64,000 nucleotides of DNA, from positions 263,371 to 327,370 of the forward strand of contig JBBDYJ010000032.1 of the NCBI GenBank assembly GCA_040901675.1. The letters run 5' to 3'. Both the position numbers and the translations under genes were made by a program. The stretch is from Pirellulales bacterium. Lineage in GTDB: Bacteria; Planctomycetota; Planctomycetia; Pirellulales; JAICIG01. Below, piece by piece: positions 57,794-64,000 of the stretch (position 1 is the first letter of the stretch; the number at the start of each line of letters is the position of its first letter). Under the pieces are notes generated by a model. It saw only the letters and a program-made list of their open reading frames with translations. It was not told where the DNA came from and searched no databases.

Positions 57794-59101
57794 ATGCCCG
57801 AAAAAACTTCGGTCAATGCCTCCCTCGAGGCCCCATGCAATTGGGACGGCTGGCTCGACCGGTATCGCTCGGTCCGCGGCCTCACCGAACACCTGTGCAC
57901 GCCACTCGAAGTCGATGATTACCAGCTCCAGTCGATGGCTGAGTGCAGCCCGCCCAAGTGGCATCTGGCGCATACCACCTGGTTCTTTGAAACGTTCGTC
58001 CTGGCCGATCATGCCAAGACCCGCACACCGTATCACCCGGCGTTCGCGCTCTTATTCAATTCCTATTACGAGGCTCTTGGCGAACGTTGGCCGCGGCCTC
58101 GGCGGGGATTGCTCTCCCGCCCTACCGTGGCCGAGATCTATACTTACCGCCATGCCGTTGACGAGCAGATGGCCGGTCTGCTGGAGCACGCGTCCGAGCG
58201 ACTGTTAGAGGTGGTTGTTCCGCTGCTGGATTTGGGACTCCACCATGAGCAGCAGCACCAGGAGTTGTTGCTCACGGATCTCAAGCACGCCTTCGGGCTC
58301 AACCCGCTGCGGCCCTCGTATCGGCTGCCTCCCGGCCGGGCCGGGGAAGGTGGCCGGGCGGCACGGCCTGGCACCGCGCCTCTGCGCTGGACCGAACGGC
58401 CCGCCGGCGTCCGCTGGCTCGGCCACGATGGGAACGCTTTCGCATTCGACAACGAATTGCCCCGCCACCGGGTCTTTGTGGAAGGCCACCAGCTTGCCTC
58501 GCGTCTGACGACTGCCGGCGAGTATCGGCAGTTTATCGACGACGGCGGATACCGCCGAGCGGACCTGTGGCTGTCCGACGGCTGGGCCGCCCGGCAGGCC
58601 GAAGGCTGGGAGGCCCCGCATTACTGGCACCGCGACGGCGGTGACTGGGCGGTCATGACGCTGGATGGATTGCGGCCGCTCGACCCGATCGAGCCGGTTT
58701 GCCACGTGAGCTACTATGAGGCCGACGCGTATGCCCGCTGGGCCGCCGCGCGTTTACCGGCGGAGGCCGAGTGGGAAGTGGAAGCCGTCAACCGCGGGAT
58801 CGCGGGAAATTTTCTGGAGAACTGGGCGCTGCACCCGGCAGCGGACGGGGGGAGCGGCCAGTTTTTTGGGGATGTCTGGGAGTGGACAGCCAGCCCCTAC
58901 GCCGCCTATCCCGGCTACCGCCCCGCGGCCGGCGCGCTGGGCGAGTACAACGCCAAGTTCATGTGCAACCAAATGGTGCTGCGAGGCGGCTCGTGCGTGA
59001 CGCCTCAATCACACATCCGGGCCAGCTATCGGAATTTCTTTCCACCCAGCGCCCGCTGGCAGTTCAGCGGCATCCGACTTGCCAGGGACCTGGCGGCATG
59101 A
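57794..59101 (+). CDS. egtB: Ergothioneine sulfoxide synthase EgtB
   Basis: SPPKWHLAHTTWFFE, FNSYY, HHEQQHQEL, GDVWEWT, EYNAKFM and RWQFSGIRLA motifs. Confidence 0.95.
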   Translation: MPEKTSVNASLEAPCNWDGWLDRYRSVRGLTEHLCTPLEVDDYQLQSMAECSPPKWHLAHTTWFFETFVLADHAKTRTPYHPAFALLFNSYYEALGERWPRPRRGLLSRPTVAEIYTYRHAVDEQMAGLLEHASERLLEVVVPLLDLGLHHEQQHQELLLTDLKHAFGLNPLRPSYRLPPGRAGEGGRAARPGTAPLRWTERPAGVRWLGHDGNAFAFDNELPRHRVFVEGHQLASRLTTAGEYRQFIDDGGYRRADLWLSDGWAARQAEGWEAPHYWHRDGGDWAVMTLDGLRPLDPIEPVCHVSYYEADAYARWAAARLPAEAEWEVEAVNRGIAGNFLENWALHPAADGGSGQFFGDVWEWTASPYAAYPGYRPAAGALGEYNAKFMCNQMVLRGGSCVTPQSHIRASYRNFFPPSARWQFSGIRLARDLAA

Positions 59102-60057
59102 CCGCAAGATTGGCGGCAGGCGCCGCACAAGTCGACCAGTTCCGGGCCGACGTGCTGGCCGGCCTGAGCCGGCGCCGGAAGCGAGTTCCGGCCAAATACT
59201 TCTATGATGCCGCCGGGTCCGGATTGTTCGACGAGATCACGCGGCTGGACGAGTACTATCTCACGCGGACCGAGCTGGCGATCATGCGCCGGTATGCCGC
59301 GGAAATGGCCGATCGGCTCGGCCCGCAATGCCTGCTGATCGAATTGGGCAGCGGCAGCCTCGTCAAGGTCCGGCTGCTGCTGGACCGTCTGAAGAGCCCG
59401 GCCGCATACGTTCCGGTCGATGTTTCCGGCGATCACCTTCATCGATCGGCCGCCAGGCTGCGGCGCCACTATCCGGATCTCGCGGTGATGCCCGTCCTGG
59501 CCGACTTTACCCGCGACTTCCCAATACCGCGGCCCGCACGCCCGCCCGTCCGGCGGGCGGTGTACTTCCCTGGGTCGACCATCGGCAACTTCGACCCGGA
59601 CGACGCGGCCCATTTGCTCAGGCGGATCGCCGGCCTGGTCGGCCGAGGCGGCGGCTTGCTGCTGGGAGTCGACCTTCAGAAGGATCCGGCCGTTCTGGAA
59701 GCCGCCTACAACGATAGCCGCGGGACAACAGCCGAGTTCAATCTTAATCTGCTGGCCCGCATCAATCGGGAGTTGGGGGCGGACTTCGATCTGACCGCGT
59801 TTCGTCATTGCGCCTTTTACAACCGGCAACGAGGCCGGATCGAAATGCAGCTGGTCAGCACGATCGCGCAGCAGGTGCGGCTGGCCGGCACCGTGGTGAG
59901 TTTCCGCGCGGGCGAGAGCATCCACACCGAGAACTCGTACAAGCACGACCTCGGCGACCTCCAGCGCCAGGCGGCTGATTGCGGATTCCGGGTGGATGCA
60001 TCGTGGACCGACGAGTTACAATACTTCGGCGTGCTCTATCTGACCGTGCCCGCCTAG
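59098..60057 (+). CDS. egtD: L-histidine N-alpha-methyltransferase EgtD
   Basis: KYFYD, EYYLTRTE, IELGSG, GSTIGN, AYND and IHTENSYK motifs; ATGA overlap with egtB. Confidence 0.95.
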   Translation: MTARLAAGAAQVDQFRADVLAGLSRRRKRVPAKYFYDAAGSGLFDEITRLDEYYLTRTELAIMRRYAAEMADRLGPQCLLIELGSGSLVKVRLLLDRLKSPAAYVPVDVSGDHLHRSAARLRRHYPDLAVMPVLADFTRDFPIPRPARPPVRRAVYFPGSTIGNFDPDDAAHLLRRIAGLVGRGGGLLLGVDLQKDPAVLEAAYNDSRGTTAEFNLNLLARINRELGADFDLTAFRHCAFYNRQRGRIEMQLVSTIAQQVRLAGTVVSFRAGESIHTENSYKHDLGDLQRQAADCGFRVDASWTDELQYFGVLYLTVPA

Positions 60058-60162
60058 TCCCGCCCAAGTTGGCATTCCAGCCCCAACGGAGGAGTGCATG
60101 CCGCAGGCGCTCTGGAATGGTGCCAACTACGTCGCTTTCTGGAAGGGTGTGACGGTGGCCTG

Positions 60163-60909
60163 ATGTTCCATCTCGATGGCGTCGCGAAAACCTACGCCGG
60201 CCGCCCTGCCCTTCGGCCGACCAGCCTGCATCTTGCCGCCGGCCAGGCCACCGTGCTGATCGGCCCCAGCGGCTGCGGCAAGTCGACGCTGCTGCGGCTG
60301 ATGATCGGGCTCATCGAACCGGACGCCGGCACGGTCGCATTCGAGGGCGAACGTCTCACGGCCGCGAACATTCGTCAGCTTCGCCGTAGGATGGGTTACG
60401 TTCTCCAGGATGGCGGGCTGTTCCCGCACATGACGGCCCGGGCCAACATCACGCTGTTGGCTCGCCACCTCGGCTGGGACCGGCAGCGGATCGCCGGCCG
60501 CGAGCAGGACCTGGCCGGGCTGACTCGGTTTCCGATCGATGGATTGGACCGCTATCCGCACCAGCTCTCCGGCGGGCAACTCCAGCGCGTGGGACTGATG
60601 CGAGCGCTCATGCTCGACCCCGACGCTTTGTTGCTCGACGAGCCGCTCGGCTCGCTGGACCCACTGGTCCGGGCCGACCTCCAGCACGATCTGCGCGATA
60701 TCTTCCGATCCCTTGGCAAAACGGTCGTGCTCGTCACCCACGACCTGGCCGAGGCCGCCTTTTTCGCCGACCGCATCGTGCTGTTGCGCGACGGGGCGGT
60801 CGTTCAAGACGGAACATTGGCCGATCTCTGGCACCGCCCGGTCGATCCGTTCGTCGCCCGCTTCATCCAGGCCCAACGCGGCCCCCAGGTACCGGAAATG
60901 GTGGCCTGA
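60163..60909 (+). CDS. ABC transporter ATPase (OpuA/ProV/EgtV-like, no CBS domains)
   Basis: GPSGCGKS, LFPHMT, LSGGQ, LLLDEP and VTHD motifs. Confidence 0.9.
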   Translation: MFHLDGVAKTYAGRPALRPTSLHLAAGQATVLIGPSGCGKSTLLRLMIGLIEPDAGTVAFEGERLTAANIRQLRRRMGYVLQDGGLFPHMTARANITLLARHLGWDRQRIAGREQDLAGLTRFPIDGLDRYPHQLSGGQLQRVGLMRALMLDPDALLLDEPLGSLDPLVRADLQHDLRDIFRSLGKTVVLVTHDLAEAAFFADRIVLLRDGAVVQDGTLADLWHRPVDPFVARFIQAQRGPQVPEMVA

Positions 60910-62372
60910 TGCGGCTCGCGCTCGTGGCAGCCGTTTTAGTGGCCGGGTGCTCGACGGACCGCGGCCGGCCGGCCGTCGTCGTCGGAGCGAAAAAGTTTAC
61001 CGAGTCGATCCTGCTGGCCGAGATGGCCGCCCAACTGGCCCGGCAGGCCGGCATCGAGTCCCGCCGCGACGACTTGGGCGGCACGCAGGCCCTTTGGCTC
61101 GCATTGACCCAGGGGGATATCGATGTCTACCCCGAGTATACCGGCACGATCACCCGGCAGATCCTGAAGGCCGACCCGCCGGACCTGGCGGCCGCCCTGG
61201 CCGAGCACGGCATCCGCATGAGCAAGCCGCTGGGATTCCGCAACAACTATGCGCTGGGGATGCGCAAAGACACGGCCGCGGCCCTGGGCATCCGCGCCAT
61301 TTCCGATCTGCGGACCCACCCCGACCTGCGGCTCGGCTTCACCCATGAGTTTCTCGACCGGCCCGACGGCTGGCCGGGCCTGAAGCGGCAGTATGGCCTG
61401 CCGCAGCGGGGTGCGAGAGGATACAGCCATAGTATCGCTTACCGGGCGCTGGTCGAAGGCGCTATCGACGTCATGGAGCTGTACACCACCGACGGCGAGA
61501 TCTCGGCCTACGACTTGCTCGTGCTCGACGACGACCGCCGCTTCTTCCCGACTTACGAGGCGGTTTGGCTCTACCGTGCCGACAGCGCTGCGGGCTTGCT
61601 CGATCAGTTGCGGCTGCTGGAGGGCCGCATCAGCGAGGCCGAAATGCAGCGGCTCAACGCGCTGGTCCAGCAGCAGAAGCTCGACGAAGGGCGGGTGGCC
61701 GCCGAGTTTCTCAGTGAAAAGCTGGGCGTGAACGCCGAGACCAGCGACGAGCCGCTGTCGCGGCGCGTGCTGCGGACCACGCTGGAGCATCTGCTGCTGG
61801 TCGTGCCGTCGCTGGCGGCCGCGGTATTGGCCGCCGTCCCGCTGGGCGTCCTGGCCGCCCGGCGGCCCAAGCTGGGTCAGGTCGTTCTGGCGGCGACCGG
61901 CTTGCTGCAAACCATCCCTTCGCTGGCCTTGCTGTTGTTCATGATCCCGGTGATGAAGGCCCTGCTCGACCGCGGCACCGGCGTCTACCCCGCGGCGGCG
62001 GCCCTGTTTCTCTACAGCCTGCTGCCGATCGTGCGCAACACGCACGCCGGCATGACCGGCATCTCGGCCTCGCTGCGTGAATCGGCCGAGGCTCTGGGGC
62101 TTCCCGCGTCCGCGATCTTCTGGCGGATCGAGCTGCCCTTGGCGTCGCGCACGATCCTGGCCGGCGTGAAGACGGCCGCGGTGATCAACGTCGGCACGGC
62201 GACGTTGGGCGGTTTCATCGGCGCCGGCGGCTATGGCCGGCCGATCCTTCGCGGCATCGACAAGTTCGACGTACCCTTGATGCTCGAAGGCGCCATTCCC
62301 GCCGCGCTCTTGGCCTTGGCCGTGCAAGGCGTGTTCGAGCTGGCCGAGCGGGCGCTCGCGCCGAGTGGTTGA
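60909..62372 (+). CDS. Betaine/choline-type solute-binding domain fused to an ABC permease
   Basis: VAGC lipobox-like segment; GAKKFTE, DVYPEYTGT, NNYAL and YTTDG (SBP); QTIPSLAL, ELPLA and IGAGGYG (permease). Confidence 0.9.
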   Translation: MRLALVAAVLVAGCSTDRGRPAVVVGAKKFTESILLAEMAAQLARQAGIESRRDDLGGTQALWLALTQGDIDVYPEYTGTITRQILKADPPDLAAALAEHGIRMSKPLGFRNNYALGMRKDTAAALGIRAISDLRTHPDLRLGFTHEFLDRPDGWPGLKRQYGLPQRGARGYSHSIAYRALVEGAIDVMELYTTDGEISAYDLLVLDDDRRFFPTYEAVWLYRADSAAGLLDQLRLLEGRISEAEMQRLNALVQQQKLDEGRVAAEFLSEKLGVNAETSDEPLSRRVLRTTLEHLLLVVPSLAAAVLAAVPLGVLAARRPKLGQVVLAATGLLQTIPSLALLLFMIPVMKALLDRGTGVYPAAAALFLYSLLPIVRNTHAGMTGISASLRESAEALGLPASAIFWRIELPLASRTILAGVKTAAVINVGTATLGGFIGAGGYGRPILRGIDKFDVPLMLEGAIPAALLALAVQGVFELAERALAPSG

Positions 62373-62403
62373 TCCAGCCGCAGTGTGGCATTCCATCCAA
62401 CGG

Positions 62404-62662
62404 CTTCACGATTCCTGAGCGCGTCAAGCAAGTCCGCCGGCACGTGTTGGGGATCTACTCCGCCACGATCCGCGGCAAGCGGGCCGTGACCGTGGCCATC
62501 GGCGAGCCGATCGCCGTCTCCGGCGACAAGGGCCCCAAGAACGCCGTCGCCGACCTGACCGAGCCCCTCGAGGCCGCAGTGCAAGGGCTGCTCGACGAGC
62601 TGAACGATCCGGCAGGCCGCTCGGCACATGAGGGACGTCTGAGCGACTCGTCCAGAAGGTAG
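62404..62662 (+). pseudogene. Possible 3' remnant of a glycerolipid acyltransferase-like gene
   Basis: IPERVKQVRRHVLG...TIRGKRAVTVAIGEPIAV...LTEPLEAAVQGLLDEL recalls acyltransferase C-termini; no HxxxxD catalytic region. Confidence 0.35.
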
Positions 62663-63360
62663 AGCGCAAGGATCGGCGCCGTGCTGCTTTGTGCGCACGG
62701 CAGCTCGCAGTTCCTGTTCCGCGAAAGAACCCAAATAAAAAGCCTTTGGCACCGGATTTACCTTATTGACTGAATCGGCACGCCAGGTTTAGCTTCCGGG
62801 CATCTGGCGACTTGCCACTTCCGGAATCATCGCCAGGGGCCTTTGATGAAGAGATGCTGCTATGGAACGGAGCCATCTGGTGGGGAGCTTTCGTTGGGGC
62901 AGCTCGGGGTGGAGCGGCTCGAACCATAGGCGTGGACTTGGAACCGCAGACGATGCCCGACCAATTCATGACGCTGCTGGCGAGGCCATGGCCACCGGGG
63001 GCTCGCTGGCCGGCGTCAGTCCCGCGTTTGAGACCGGGGAAGGTTCCACAGACGCATCGAGTGGTCAGACGGCTCGGATGCGCCGATGGGGAGGCGACGG
63101 TGTTATTCGTGAACCAGCGGGCGGTGGGAAAGGTCGACGGCCCGGCGCCGTTCCAGCGCCCGCATCCCCGAGCAGCGACCTTTCGGGCAGCTCAACCCCC
63201 GAAGTGCATGAGGTAGCAAAGCTGCAGTCAAAGTACGTGCCGCGGCCATATTCTGAAGAAACGAGTTCAAACGGGTAGCCAAGAAGGACGACACTGAAGC
63301 CAAGCCAAGCTTCAGCATTGAAGACGAAAACGACGAATGCCGTATGCTTTAGGAGAGGAC

Positions 63361-63618
63361 ATGAAAAGAAGGATTTTCGTTTTTACGTCGGTCCTTGCTG
63401 TTGTGGGCGCTTCTGTTGGCTCTGCGGAAATGCAGATTCAGAAGGCAGCTACAGCCGTTAAGAGCCGGTCTATTGACGTGAAGGCGACGGAGACGGACGT
63501 GATTCTCCAGATGGAAAATGGAGAGGAAGTCAGGTTGACGGCCTTTAGAGGTAAGGTTTTGACGACACACGGTTGGAAGTGGGTTCAAGATGTTCAGATC
63601 GGAGATGAGCTGAGGTAA
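63361..63618 (+). CDS. Small secreted protein with a partial Hint-domain-like segment
   Basis: AGGAGAGG Shine-Dalgarno; signal peptide MKRRIFVFTSVLAVVGASVGSA; LQMENGEEVRLT....VLTTHGWKWVQDVQIGDEL. Confidence 0.6.
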   Translation: MKRRIFVFTSVLAVVGASVGSAEMQIQKAATAVKSRSIDVKATETDVILQMENGEEVRLTAFRGKVLTTHGWKWVQDVQIGDELR

Positions 63619-64000
63619 CTCTCTGTGAACGCCCGGGGGTGATTTTGGAACTATCGCGCAAACGCGCGAAACTTCAAGGACCGACGCCATGCCAGAACCT
63701 TATGGTGAGATGTTTATTAAGTTGGTCACCTGTCAAACAGAGTTGCTCCCGGTCGAGCACGATGTGCTCGGGGGCTATTTGCAAGTTGAGCTGGACCGCG
63801 CAGAGCTTCTACACGAGCTTGATGTTCTCTACCGACATGCATTGGGTTCCTGGGAGCCATGGCCTGGTGGCAGCTGGAGTAATCCGACGTCAGGAAGTTT
63901 TCTCCTTTCTTATCTGACAGTTACGTCCCCTTTCCCAAGCTTTTATGGCTCTTCGGACTTTTAAGTGGGTGAAGGGGCTAGATCCAGGCCTCCGCAGTGG

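Noticed and set aside
62812..63278. ORFs 62812..63216 and 62862..63278 as real genes
   Set aside because: Mutually overlapping, no recognisable family and no convincing start; left uncalled
63689..63964. 91-aa ORF near the window end
   Set aside because: No motif or clear Shine-Dalgarno; cannot be supported from sequence alone

Overview
High-GC bacterial chromosome segment, most likely Planctomycetota (Pirellulales-like). The evidence is a DUF1559 domain, the groEL-groES-groEL-dnaJ-grpE order, a Hanks-type kinase and planctomycete-type zinc ribbons. Contents in order: (1) a chaperone operon (groEL-groES-groEL-dnaJ-grpE-FmdB-like-yacG) behind a near-consensus sigma54 promoter; (2) M28 and M42 peptidases; (3) a poly-HAMP hybrid kinase-CheR-REC/PP2C module next to a DUF4198-like gene remnant; (4) an accessory patch downstream of yifB/comM encoding a HicB-like ribbon-helix-helix protein, a stand-alone 125-aa sigma70 region 1.2+2 protein and a PD-(D/E)XK-like ORF; (5) two local duplications; (6) msrA; (7) three alkaline-phosphatase-superfamily genes led by a 51-aa AYIGP membrane peptide missing from the ORF track; (8) BlaI plus an M56-DUF1559 fusion; (9) an Rhs/immunity-like remnant; (10) an apparently leaderless MarR-halogenase-like unit and msrB; (11) a seven-gene envelope operon (alpha/alpha-barrel+HEAT protein, TonB-like protein, ExbB, two ExbD, TPR/PQQ-propeller protein, TPR/SBP5 protein, exported protein); (12) egtB-egtD with an adjacent betaine-type ABC importer; (13) a lower-GC tail with a secreted Hint-like peptide. 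The best candidates for an undescribed system are the mini-sigma/HicB-like cassette and the ExbBDD envelope operon. No rRNA, tRNA, CRISPR array or intact transposase was recognised. All family calls come from reading motifs by eye, without database searches.
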